Shown here piece by piece: positions 50,693 through 59,521 of a stretch of 64,000 bases of DNA; positions within the stretch are counted from its first letter, which is position 1, and each line of letters opens with the position of its first letter. A program made the position numbers and the translations under genes. The notes under the pieces were generated by a model that was not told the origin of the DNA, did no database searches, and saw nothing but the letters and a program-made list of their open reading frames with translations. Origin of the DNA: an uncultured Planctomycetota bacterium (GTDB taxonomy: Bacteria > Planctomycetota > PLA2 > JAEUHO01); assembly GCA_963752285.1 (NCBI GenBank), contig CAVVXN010000005.1, positions 2,112,001 to 2,176,000 on the forward strand, in the 5' to 3' direction.

Positions 50693-51070
50693 ATGGCGAC
50701 GAAGAGCACGAAGAAGAAGGCCACCCGGAAGAAGGCGGCGAAGCGCCCGGCCCGGAAGGCCAAGGCCGCCCCCAGGCCGAAGGCCCCGGCGAAGGCGAAG
50801 GCCGCGCCGGCGAAGGCCGACGCGCCCGTCCGCGAGCGCGACCCGCGCCTGCCCCGCCCGGGCGGGGTCCTCACCCGCACGTTCCAGGGCAAGGAGCACC
50901 GGGTCCAGGTCCTCGACGCGGGCTTCCTCTACGACGGGAAGACGTGGCGCAGTCTCTCGGCGATCGCGAAGGCGATCTCCGGGACCGCGTGGAACGGGTA
51001 CCTGTTCTGGGGCCTCCAGAAGCGCGCGAAGGCGCCGGCCCAGAACGGCCAGACGGGCGGTGCCGAGTGA
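50693..51070 (+). CDS. DUF2924-like protein with Lys/Ala-rich N-terminus
   Basis: AGGAG RBS; PGGVLTRTFQGKEHRV.V...GF.YDG...SLSAIAKAISGTAWNGYLFWGL. Confidence 0.85.
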   Translation: MATKSTKKKATRKKAAKRPARKAKAAPRPKAPAKAKAAPAKADAPVRERDPRLPRPGGVLTRTFQGKEHRVQVLDAGFLYDGKTWRSLSAIAKAISGTAWNGYLFWGLQKRAKAPAQNGQTGGAE

Positions 51071-51402
51071 CGCGCCGCACGACCGACCCCCGCCCCCTCC
51101 TTCGGGAGGGGGCGATGTACTGGGCCGACAACGGCCGGCGGATCTGTGCACGCTGCGCGGGCTCCTCCGCGCTCTACACGGGGCGCGACATCTCGGGGCA
51201 GCCCATCGAGCGGGCCTCGCTCCGCGACTCGGTGGACTGGCTCTCCTCGCTGGGATCCCTGCTCGCCTGCGAGCAGGGCTGCACGGTTCTCGGGCTGATC
51301 GCCGGCCGGGACGGGTGGCCGATGCCGCACCAGGGTCCGGTGCCAGAGGACGTGACCGCAGCGGTCGAGGACGCCATGCGGCGGATGGGCGGTGCCCGAT
51401 GA
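51067..51402 (+). CDS. Hypothetical phage protein
   Basis: Coupled GTGA start; DNGRRICARCAG. Confidence 0.65.
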   Translation: MTRRTTDPRPLLREGAMYWADNGRRICARCAGSSALYTGRDISGQPIERASLRDSVDWLSSLGSLLACEQGCTVLGLIAGRDGWPMPHQGPVPEDVTAAVEDAMRRMGGAR

Positions 51403-51686
51403 CCGTCCCCTACGAGGTCAGGGTCGCGCCGGGGATCTGGATCCGCGTGGCCACGCTTGCCGAGGCGTCGCTGGCCGTCTGCCAGCACCGTGACGCCTAC
51501 AACTTCGGCTCCTCGAAGTGGGGCCAGGAGAGCGCGCCCGTCCGGGCCATCGGGACCACGAGAGCCATCGCCCGCGTCTCGTACAACGGCCGGGTCTGGA
51601 CACCCGAGCGCGACTGGCAGCGTCGATCGGAGATCACCGGCGCCGCCCTCCACGGGGCACCCCTCGCGAAGGGGGGGGCCCGGTGA
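51399..51686 (+). CDS. Hypothetical phage protein
   Basis: Coupled ATGA start; ARVSYNGRVW. Confidence 0.65.
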   Translation: MTVPYEVRVAPGIWIRVATLAEASLAVCQHRDAYNFGSSKWGQESAPVRAIGTTRAIARVSYNGRVWTPERDWQRRSEITGAALHGAPLAKGGAR

Positions 51687-51901
51687 CGGCGGGCGGCGCG
51701 GTCCGCGTGCCCCCCGACGTCCGCGAGGGGCTCGAGGCCGTCCGGCTCTCGGGCCTCACGAACATGCTCGACCGCCCGGCGGTGGCCCGGATCGCCGCCG
51801 CCATGGGCTACGACGCCTGCGCGCGATGGGTCCTGGAGCACCGGGGGCTGTACGCGCGCGGGGTCTTCTACGGCTTCGAGGCCGAGGACGGCTGGGGTTG
51901 A
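51683..51901 (+). CDS. DUF5049-like protein
   Basis: LEAVRLSGLTNMLDRPAVARIA..MGY. Confidence 0.75.
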   Translation: MTAGGAVRVPPDVREGLEAVRLSGLTNMLDRPAVARIAAAMGYDACARWVLEHRGLYARGVFYGFEAEDGWG

Positions 51902-52144
51902 CGGCCCTGAGGGGGGGACTGGGGGGGCCGTCCGGCCTGCGGGCCGCCCACCGGGCCCCGATCGACGGTGCAGCATTCGCGTTCTCGTAATGTTTGCGTG
52001 TCACCTTCCGGGGGTGACACACTGGGCAACGTGCCACAATCCCCGGGAAACCAGAGCACGGACGCCCCGTGCTGCGATGTCGGGCTCCAACTCGGCTGGA
52101 CGCGGCGCGGTTCGCCCGTATCCCCCATCAGGAGGCTTCTAGTC

Positions 52145-52990
52145 ATGCGCGCGCCGCTCCAAGGGCAGAACTGGTGTCGCGCCTTCGCGCGCGCCAACGT
52201 GCGGTTGCTGGCCGGTACTGGGCTCGCCTTCATGCTGATGCTTGGCCCGGGGAACGTGCGCGCGGACGATCCGCCGCCTCCCACAGGTGACGGCACCATA
52301 TGCTTCCAGATCAAGGGAACCGCTGGGGCCCAGGAGTCTGGAGAGATCAACTTCACGGCCTCGAAGAAGTCCAAGGACGATCCGGGCACGCCAGACACGG
52401 ATGAGGGCCAACTGAGTATCAGTGAGCCTATTCCCCAGCATGCAAGCCTCGAGGCAATCGTCGGGCTCATCGCCGATTCGTTGAACGAGGCGGGATGGAC
52501 CTCGCCCGAGGACTACGTCATCGCGGGCAACTGCATCAAGTTGAAGGACGTGAATGGGATTGATGGTGACCCTGGTGATACGTTGGTCGTCATGTCCTGG
52601 GCAACAAGTCGTGTCGATCTGCCAGTAACAGGCAGAAAGGTCAAGGTCACGGACAAGGGCGGGCCGAACCGAGGCCGTGGTGGATTCCTGTACATCGTCG
52701 GTGGGGGGCCGTTCATCAATTCCGCAGGAGAGAACGAAGTGGCAGTCGCTGACGTCATCGTGCCCTTCAACGATGAGGACAGCATCGTGGACATCATGGG
52801 CCACGCCGTGTTCCTGATGCGGAATAGCGGATGGTCCGTGGACTATGCCGCCGGGACTGCGGAGTTTGTAGTGCATACGCTGCCTGGCGGGCACATCATC
52901 GACGATTTGACTCTCTCGATTGAGTATGTCGATGGGGATACTCCACCGGAGTTGGAATGGCACTGGTCCATCGAGTTCGTGGACGACTGA
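52145..52990 (+). CDS. Secreted hypothetical protein (cargo, paralog 1)
   Basis: Signal peptide ending VRA-DD; lower GC3; similar to 53003-53788. Confidence 0.75.
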   Translation: MRAPLQGQNWCRAFARANVRLLAGTGLAFMLMLGPGNVRADDPPPPTGDGTICFQIKGTAGAQESGEINFTASKKSKDDPGTPDTDEGQLSISEPIPQHASLEAIVGLIADSLNEAGWTSPEDYVIAGNCIKLKDVNGIDGDPGDTLVVMSWATSRVDLPVTGRKVKVTDKGGPNRGRGGFLYIVGGGPFINSAGENEVAVADVIVPFNDEDSIVDIMGHAVFLMRNSGWSVDYAAGTAEFVVHTLPGGHIIDDLTLSIEYVDGDTPPELEWHWSIEFVDD

Positions 52991-53002
52991 GGGAGCAGAC
53001 CC

Positions 53003-53788
53003 ATGCGCACATTTATCTCGGCTCTTGCTGTCCTCATGCTGCCTCTGTTGGCCCAAGCTGACGGCACAGGGACGGTCACATTCTACGTGCTCTGTGGTAC
53101 CAAGGGCATGGACTCCCAGATCGAGGCCCAGGATGGAACGACCGTGCGGTTGACTGCGAAGAAGGGCACCAAGGTCTTGGACGACACCTTCACTTTCCCG
53201 AAGGGTTCCACGGCCGCGACCGCCGTGGATCATTATGCTGCTGCCTTAGCTGCTGCTGGATTCGTTGAGGGCACAGACTTCGTCAAAGCAGGGAACTCTA
53301 TCAAGTTCAAGAACCCGGATCACATTGACGGCGGAACCCAGAATCGCTGCCAATACTCCGTTACATACCGCGTATCTGGCGGTGTCGGGGTCGGTAGTGC
53401 CCCTGTGACTGGGGCTGAAGTCAAGATCGGAAAGAACGCCCCGGCAGGGGGAAGCTTCATCATCACCGGCCTCGGGCTCGCTCCGCTCCCCGGGGGCGGG
53501 TATCAAGCGCGAAGCGCCCACGCCCAGGTTGAGGTTCATCCAACAGACACTGATGTCGAGACTATGGAGCGGGTTGCTGGGCGCCTTGTCTCTTTGGGGT
53601 GGAGCGCTGAGTACTCCTCGTCGGCAGGGGTTATCCGTATCACTACGCTTCCCGATGGCACCCAGCTGACTGCGCTTACATGTGCGTTCCTTGATGATGG
53701 GCAATTCGCCGCGGGCGGTATCTGTTCGGAGACTGAGCCCGTGCGACCTGAGGCACTCCACTGGCGTTGCGCAATCGTTCGCGATTAG
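53003..53788 (+). CDS. Secreted hypothetical protein (cargo, paralog 2)
   Basis: Signal peptide MRTFISALAVLMLPLLAQA; GGGAG RBS. Confidence 0.8.
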   Translation: MRTFISALAVLMLPLLAQADGTGTVTFYVLCGTKGMDSQIEAQDGTTVRLTAKKGTKVLDDTFTFPKGSTAATAVDHYAAALAAAGFVEGTDFVKAGNSIKFKNPDHIDGGTQNRCQYSVTYRVSGGVGVGSAPVTGAEVKIGKNAPAGGSFIITGLGLAPLPGGGYQARSAHAQVEVHPTDTDVETMERVAGRLVSLGWSAEYSSSAGVIRITTLPDGTQLTALTCAFLDDGQFAAGGICSETEPVRPEALHWRCAIVRD

Positions 53789-54032
53789 AGCCCGTAACCG
53801 GCCACGGGCATCGCATCGCACCTGTACGTCGGCGCGATGGACCTGTGCAGGGGGCTCCATTACCGCGGGCATGGACGAGTTGCTCATGGCACTGGGTGGA
53901 GGCAGCTAGCAAATCGACTCGTGTCTCGGCTGGTTGGAGCCGCAGTGTTGCCGTTGTAGTGAGTTTGGCTGCTCCACTCCTGTATGGTAGGCTGTTGGCG
54001 CGCTCATCCCAGCGGGCGCGCCCCGAGGCACC

Positions 54033-54446
54033 ATGCCGTCGAAGCCGCGCACGCTCGCTGGGATCCTACGCAGCCGCCGCCACGCGGACCGGGAGTACAA
54101 CCTCGCCCGCCGCGACCCGGCCGTGGCCCGGATCCATGGGTCCGCCCGCTGGCAGGCCGTGCGTGCCCAGGTGCTCCGCGACGAGCCCCTCTGCCGGGAG
54201 TGCGCACGCCTCGGCTTGACCGAGCCCGCCACGCAGGTGGACCACGTCGTCCCCCTGGCCGTGGCCCCCGAACTCGCGTTCGTGCGGTCCAACCTCGCGC
54301 CGACCTGCACGGCCTGCCACGCGCGCAAGTCGGCGTCGGATCGGCGTCGAGCGGGCGTCGATCCGGGGGAGGGGGGGGCCTCCGAGCTCTCAGGCCGAGG
54401 GGCCCACGAGCGGGGCGCGGGGCATGCGTCGATTTTCACGGGATAG
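54033..54446 (+). CDS. Phage-type HNH endonuclease, copy 2
   Basis: CREC...VDHVVP...NLAPTCTACHARK. Confidence 0.9.
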   Translation: MPSKPRTLAGILRSRRHADREYNLARRDPAVARIHGSARWQAVRAQVLRDEPLCRECARLGLTEPATQVDHVVPLAVAPELAFVRSNLAPTCTACHARKSASDRRRAGVDPGEGGASELSGRGAHERGAGHASIFTG

Positions 54447-54518
54447 CCAAAACGCCTCCGGCGGGCCGGAGAGCCCTGAAACTAGCCCTCCGACGTATGT
54501 ACCCCCCAAGGGGGCCGC

Positions 54519-54779
54519 ATGACCGGCGTCCCGCTCAAGGCCGCCCAGCGGGACCTGATGGCCCTGGTCCGCGCCGTCGAGGAGGACGGCGAGCGGATCG
54601 TCCTGACCCGCCGCGGGCGCCCCGTCGCCGCCCTGCTCCCCGTGGGGGCGATCGAGGCGCTCGACCTCCTCGGGCGGCTGCTCCCCGACGTGGCCGACGT
54701 GGCCGCTGGGTTCGGCGAGACGGACCCGGAGGCCCCGGGCCTGGGGCCGGCCCCGGGCTCCGAGGAGGCGGCGCCGTGA
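54519..54779 (+). CDS. Phd/YefM-family antitoxin-like protein
   Basis: Near-identical to 44649-44909. Confidence 0.85.
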   Translation: MTGVPLKAAQRDLMALVRAVEEDGERIVLTRRGRPVAALLPVGAIEALDLLGRLLPDVADVAAGFGETDPEAPGLGPAPGSEEAAP

Positions 54780-55029
54780 CCAGCCCCGCCCCCCGCACCG
54801 TCGCCGTCCGGCGCCTCCGGGCGACGCTCCGGGCCGTCGTCCGGGCCGTCCAGGAGGGCGGCGAGCGCGTGGTCCTCACCCGCCACGGGCGTCCGGTCGC
54901 CGCTCTCGTCCCCCTGGATCTGCTGGAACCGCTCCCCCCGGCGCTCTGCGCTCTCCGCTCTCGGCCGCTCTCGGCTCGCCTCCCGCCGACGAGAGCCCGG
55001 CCGCCACCCAGTCCCCGGAGGCCTCGTGA
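54776..55029 (+). pseudogene. Second Phd/YefM-like gene with frameshifted tail
   Basis: Homologous to 44906-45169, but the TGA at 55027 is out of frame. Confidence 0.65.
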
Positions 55030-56402
55030 TGGTCGCCCCCTCGAACCTCGGCCGCGTCCGCCTGGAGACCCGCCGCCTCTCGGACCTCGTGCCCGCGGCC
55101 TACAACCCGAGAGTCATCTCGACCGAGGCCCTCGCCGGCCTCGGCGAGTCGATCGGCCGCTACGGTCTGGTGCAGCCGATCATCGTGAACGACCGCAGCG
55201 GCAACGTCGTCGGCGGCCACCAGCGGTTGAAGGTGCTGGAGGCGAAGGGCGTCGAGGCGACCGACGTCGTCGTGATCGACGTCGAGGAGGCCGAGGAGAA
55301 GGCCCTCAACCTCGCTCTCAACTCCCCCCGCATCTCGGGCGAGTGGACCGCCGACGCGCTCGGCCTGCTCGAGGAGGTCGTCGGCGCGCTGCCCGACCTC
55401 GGCGACGCACTGCTCCTCTCCGGCCTCCGGGGCGACCTGGAGAAGCTCTTCCCGCAGGAAGCCGGCGACATCGTCGAGGACGAGGTCCCCGAGCCCCCCG
55501 ACGACCCGGTCACGAAGCCCGGCGACCTCTGGGTGCTGGGGAGCCACCGGCTCCTCTGCGGCGACTCAGGCGACGAGACGGACCTCGACCGGCTGCTCGC
55601 CAGCGCGCCGGTCCACCTGCTCAACACCGACCCGCCCTACAACGTGAAGGTCGAGCCGAGAAGCAACAACGCGATCCGTGCCGGGCTCTCGTCCTTCTCC
55701 GCACCCGAGAAGCGACACCACCAGGCGCTCGACCTCGCGCGCCATCCCGAGAAGGCGAAGCCCACGCACCGCAAGATGCGGGCGAAGGACCGGCCGCTGG
55801 AGAACGACTTCCTCTCCGACGAAGAGTTCGAGAAGCGGCTGCGCGCGTGGTTCGGCAACGCCTCGCGCGTCATGCTCCCCGGGCGTGCGGCCTACATCTG
55901 GGGTGGCTACGCGAACGTGGCGAACTACCCGCCGGCCCTGAAGGAGGCAGGCTTCTACTTCTCCCAGACCATCATCTGGGACAAGCAGCACCCGGTTCTC
56001 ACGCGCAAGGACTTCATGGGTGCGCACGAGTGGTGCTTCTACTCGTGGAAGGTCGGCGCCGCGCACGCGTTCTACGGGCCGCCGAACGTGCCGGACCTCT
56101 GGGCGATCAAGAAGGTGAACCCGCAGTCGATGGTCCACCTGACCGAGAAGCCCATCGAGCTCGCCGCCCGCGCGCTCCAGTACTCCTCGAAGAAGGGCGA
56201 GAACGTGCTCGATCTCTTCGGCGGCTCGGGCTCGACGCTCATGGCCTGCGAGCAGCTCGGCCGGCGCGCGTTCCTCATGGAGCTCGACCCGGCCTACACC
56301 GACGTGATCGTCGAGCGCTGGCAGACGGCGACGGGCCAGAAGGCGAAGCGGGAGAGCGCGAAGCCGCCCGCGCGCAAGGCGCGGAGGAAGGCGAAGATCT
56401 GA
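55029..56402 (+). CDS. ParB-N domain fused to N4/N6 DNA methyltransferase
   Basis: YNPR, GGHQRL, TDPPYN, HLTEKP, DLFGGSGST, MELDP. Confidence 0.93.
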   Translation: MVAPSNLGRVRLETRRLSDLVPAAYNPRVISTEALAGLGESIGRYGLVQPIIVNDRSGNVVGGHQRLKVLEAKGVEATDVVVIDVEEAEEKALNLALNSPRISGEWTADALGLLEEVVGALPDLGDALLLSGLRGDLEKLFPQEAGDIVEDEVPEPPDDPVTKPGDLWVLGSHRLLCGDSGDETDLDRLLASAPVHLLNTDPPYNVKVEPRSNNAIRAGLSSFSAPEKRHHQALDLARHPEKAKPTHRKMRAKDRPLENDFLSDEEFEKRLRAWFGNASRVMLPGRAAYIWGGYANVANYPPALKEAGFYFSQTIIWDKQHPVLTRKDFMGAHEWCFYSWKVGAAHAFYGPPNVPDLWAIKKVNPQSMVHLTEKPIELAARALQYSSKKGENVLDLFGGSGSTLMACEQLGRRAFLMELDPAYTDVIVERWQTATGQKAKRESAKPPARKARRKAKI

Positions 56403-56740
56403 TGCTGTACCTGGCCTCTCCGTACTCCCACTCCGACCCGGCCGTCCGGGCGACCCGCTACCAGCAGGCGTGCTGGCACGCCGTGCGCCTGATGCGAGGC
56501 GGCCGGCTCGTGTACTCACCCATCGTCCACAGCCACGCGCTCGCGGAGCTGGGCCTGCCGGGCGACTGGCCGTTCTGGGCCGAGCACAACCGCGAGATGA
56601 TGGCGGCATGCCGCGAGCTCGTGGTGCTCGCGCTCGACGGGTGGAAGGGGAGCCGGGGCGTCGCCGCCGAGATCGGGATCGCGACGGAGCTCGGGATCCC
56701 CGTGCGCTTCGAGGCGCCCAGCGAGGTGGCCCATGCCTAA
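56402..56740 (+). CDS. DUF1937-like protein
   Basis: MLYLASPYSH...SPIVHSH...DGW..S.GV..EI. Confidence 0.85.
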   Translation: MLYLASPYSHSDPAVRATRYQQACWHAVRLMRGGRLVYSPIVHSHALAELGLPGDWPFWAEHNREMMAACRELVVLALDGWKGSRGVAAEIGIATELGIPVRFEAPSEVAHA

Positions 56741-57224
56741 GCCCGGCCCCGCCCGGACGCCGACGAAGAAGCTCGCGCTGCGCGGGAGCTGGCGGGCGGC
56801 CACGCGCTCCGGCGAACCCCGGCCCGAGCCCGAGGCGCCGCCTCGCCCCGCCGCGCTCCCCCCCGCGGCCGCCGCCGTGTGGGACGAGGTCCTCCCGCAG
56901 CTCGGGGCCGCCGGGCTCCTCGGCCGCGTGGACGGGCGCTCCTTCACCCGCTACTGCGAGCTCTTCCCCGTGTGGGACGACCTCATGGCGTTCCTTCGGA
57001 AGTCCGGCCACGCCCACCCCGTGAAGAACGCGAAGGGCGAGGTCGTGGGCGTCCGCCCGTACCCGCAGCTTCGGCTCGCGCTCCAGGTCTCCGAGCACCT
57101 CCTGCGCCTGGAGAGCCAGTTCGGGATGACGCCGGCGGCGCGCGCGCGGCTCGTGGTCGAGCCGCTCCTGCCGCCGACGCCCGCCCTCGAGCACTACTTC
57201 CAGCCCCGGAGGCTCGGCCGATGA
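56733..57224 (+). CDS. Phage terminase small subunit (P27 family)
   Basis: PGP..TPT..L.LRG, W, YC, FGMTPAARARL. Confidence 0.9.
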   Translation: MPKPGPARTPTKKLALRGSWRAATRSGEPRPEPEAPPRPAALPPAAAAVWDEVLPQLGAAGLLGRVDGRSFTRYCELFPVWDDLMAFLRKSGHAHPVKNAKGEVVGVRPYPQLRLALQVSEHLLRLESQFGMTPAARARLVVEPLLPPTPALEHYFQPRRLGR

Positions 57225-58672
57225 GCGCCCCGGATCCCGCGGCCCCAATCGCCTCCTGGGGCGACGCCGCCCTCGAGCAGGTCTGCCGGACGGAGATCCC
57301 CGGCTACGACCCGTGGGCGACGGCGCTCCCGTCGCATCGCTTCGACGTCTCGCTCGCGCGCCGCGCAATCGGCTTCTTCCACGACATGCTCCTGTTCGTG
57401 GAGGGCGAGCGCGCCGGCGAGCCCTTCGACCTGGAGCCCTGGCAGGCGGCGATCGTCGGGAACCTGTTCGGGTGGGTGGACGCCGAGAGCGGGCTTCGGC
57501 GCTACCGCGAGGCGCTCGTGTTCGTCGCTCGGAAGAACGGCAAGACGTCGCTGGCCGCCGGCCTCGCCCTCTACCTCCTCCTCTGCGACGGGGAGCCCGG
57601 CGGGCAGGTGTACTCGGCGGCCGCCGAGCAGAGCCAGGCCGCGCTGATCTTCCGCCACGCCATGCACATGGTGGCGAAGCGCCCCGAGCTCCTGACCCGC
57701 ACGCGCGTCTACCGCGCCTTCAAGTCGATCGAGGTCCCCGAGACGGGCTCGATCTTCCGGGCGCTGACCGCCGACGCCCAGACGAAGCACGGCCTCTCGG
57801 TCCACGGCGCCGTGATCGACGAGCTCCACGCGCACCCCACGCGCGACCTCGTGGACGTGCTCCAGACGGGCACCGGGTCTCGGCGCCAGCCGATGACGGT
57901 CCACATCACGACGTCTGACTACGAGCGCGTGTCGATCTGCAACGAGAAGTACGACTACGCGACGAAGGTGCGCGACGGTGCGCTCGCCGACCCCTCGTTC
58001 CTGCCCGTGATCTACGAGGCCGCGATCGAGGATCCGTGGGACTCGCCGGAGACTTGGCGCAAGGCCAACCCGAACCTCGGCGTCTCCGTGAAGGAGGACT
58101 ACCTGGAGCGCGAGTGCGCCCGGGCGAAGGAGTCGCCCGCGTACCTGAACACGTTCCTGAGGCTCCACTTGAACATCCGGACCAACGCCGACGTCGCCGC
58201 CTTCGACATGCGCCAGTGGGAGGCGTGCCGGGGCGAGCGGAGCTTCCACCAGCTCGCCACCGACCTCGAGGGGCACGAGTGCTTCGCGGGGCTCGACCTC
58301 GCGAGCACGGAGGACCTGACGGCGCTCGTGCTCGTGTTCCCCGACGACGGGAACGCCGTGCTCCCCTTCTTCTGGTGCCCGAAGGAGGGGGCCGTCAACC
58401 GGGAGCGGCGCCACCGCGTGCCCTACACGGGGTGGGCGCGGGACGGGTTCCTCCACCTCACGGACGGGAACGCCACGGACTTCGACCACGTCGAGCGCAC
58501 CGTGATCGAGCTCTCGAAGCGCTACCGGATCAATTGACTGGGCTTCGACCGCTTCGGGGCCTCCCAGGTCGTGAACCACCTGCAGGACGCCGGCGTCGAG
58601 GTCGTGCTCTTCGGGCAGGGCTACGTGTCGATGAACGCGCCCTCGAAGCACCTCGACGTCCTCGTGCGCTCA
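57221..58672 (+). pseudogene. Phage terminase large subunit, internal TGA and truncated
   Basis: LEPWQ, ARKNGKT, IDELH, ANPNLG, GLDLAST; TGA at 58535-58537 then in-frame LGFDRFGA...QGY.SMNAPSK until ~58672. Confidence 0.88.
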
Positions 58673-58689
58673 CGCGCACGCACGCCCTC

Positions 58690-59478
58690 CCGGGGGGCGC
58701 CGCCTTCCTCACCGCCTGCTACGAGCAGGCCCGGCACAAGGCGCACTACGCGAAGCGGCCACAGGGAACTCGGCTCGAGTCGGTTACATGCAAGTCAGCA
58801 AGCGCCGCCATGTGTCGGGAGTTGGGAGTTTCTCACCCGCGCACGTGGGTGGGTTCCCTTGACGCAACCGCGGCGTTGCCGCTGGTGTTGAAGCCGGATA
58901 ACGGTTCCTGCGGCCGTGGAATCCGGCTCCTGACGGCACCCCACGACAGAAAGCGGTTTTGCCCGCATGACCGAGTCCCCCCCGGCTACGTTGCCCAGGA
59001 GTACGTCTCGAGCCCGGTGGGCATGCCCCTCAGCCTCCGCGTGATCACGGTCCGCACGAGAGTTCTCGCTGCGGCGGTCCTCTACCGATCCGATGGACTG
59101 ACGTCAAACGCCACACGTGGGGGGGACATCGTTCCTGTCTTCGGTCCTCACGCGACCTCGCATCTCCACCCACAAGAGGCATCGGTCCTCGATCGCGTCG
59201 GGCTCGCCGTCGGGAAGGGGGAACTGCCGGAGCCTGTGACCTCCATGGTCACGCGGGTTGCCGCTTGGCTCGCCGGACGCGGGGTCCAGATCTGCGGACA
59301 CGACCTGATCCCTGGGCTGGACGGCACTTGGCGATACATCGAATCTAACGCCTATCCGGGTTACTTGGTGCTGCTGGCGACGCACGGCATCGGCACAGGC
59401 CAGTTGGTGCCTGGCTACTGGCTCGGTGGCCAGTTGATCGCCCAGGCCCTAGAGCAGGAGTTTGCTCCCAGGATCTAG
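58690..59478 (+). CDS. RimK-like ATP-grasp protein (N-terminus missing or uncertain)
   Basis: PLVLKPDNGSCGRGI, YVAQEYV, SNATRGG, GHDLI, IESNAYPG. Confidence 0.75.
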   Translation, partial: PGGAAFLTACYEQARHKAHYAKRPQGTRLESVTCKSASAAMCRELGVSHPRTWVGSLDATAALPLVLKPDNGSCGRGIRLLTAPHDRKRFCPHDRVPPGYVAQEYVSSPVGMPLSLRVITVRTRVLAAAVLYRSDGLTSNATRGGDIVPVFGPHATSHLHPQEASVLDRVGLAVGKGELPEPVTSMVTRVAAWLAGRGVQICGHDLIPGLDGTWRYIESNAYPGYLVLLATHGIGTGQLVPGYWLGGQLIAQALEQEFAPRI

Positions 59479-59521
59479 GCCCTGGCGGCCTCCCCCGGAC
59501 TGAACCGGCGCACTTCAACGC

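Noticed and set aside
53984..56740. 918-aa ORF as one fusion protein
   Set aside because: Off-frame passage through HNH and methylase linking the frameshifted phd gene to DUF1937
58535..58537. TGA recoding or alternative genetic code in terL
   Set aside because: TGA is the normal stop for neighbouring genes and terL is also truncated; decay is simpler
41735..58672. Diversity-generating retroelement explanation for the duplicated segments
   Set aside because: No reverse transcriptase; differences between copies are mostly synonymous and not adenine-specific
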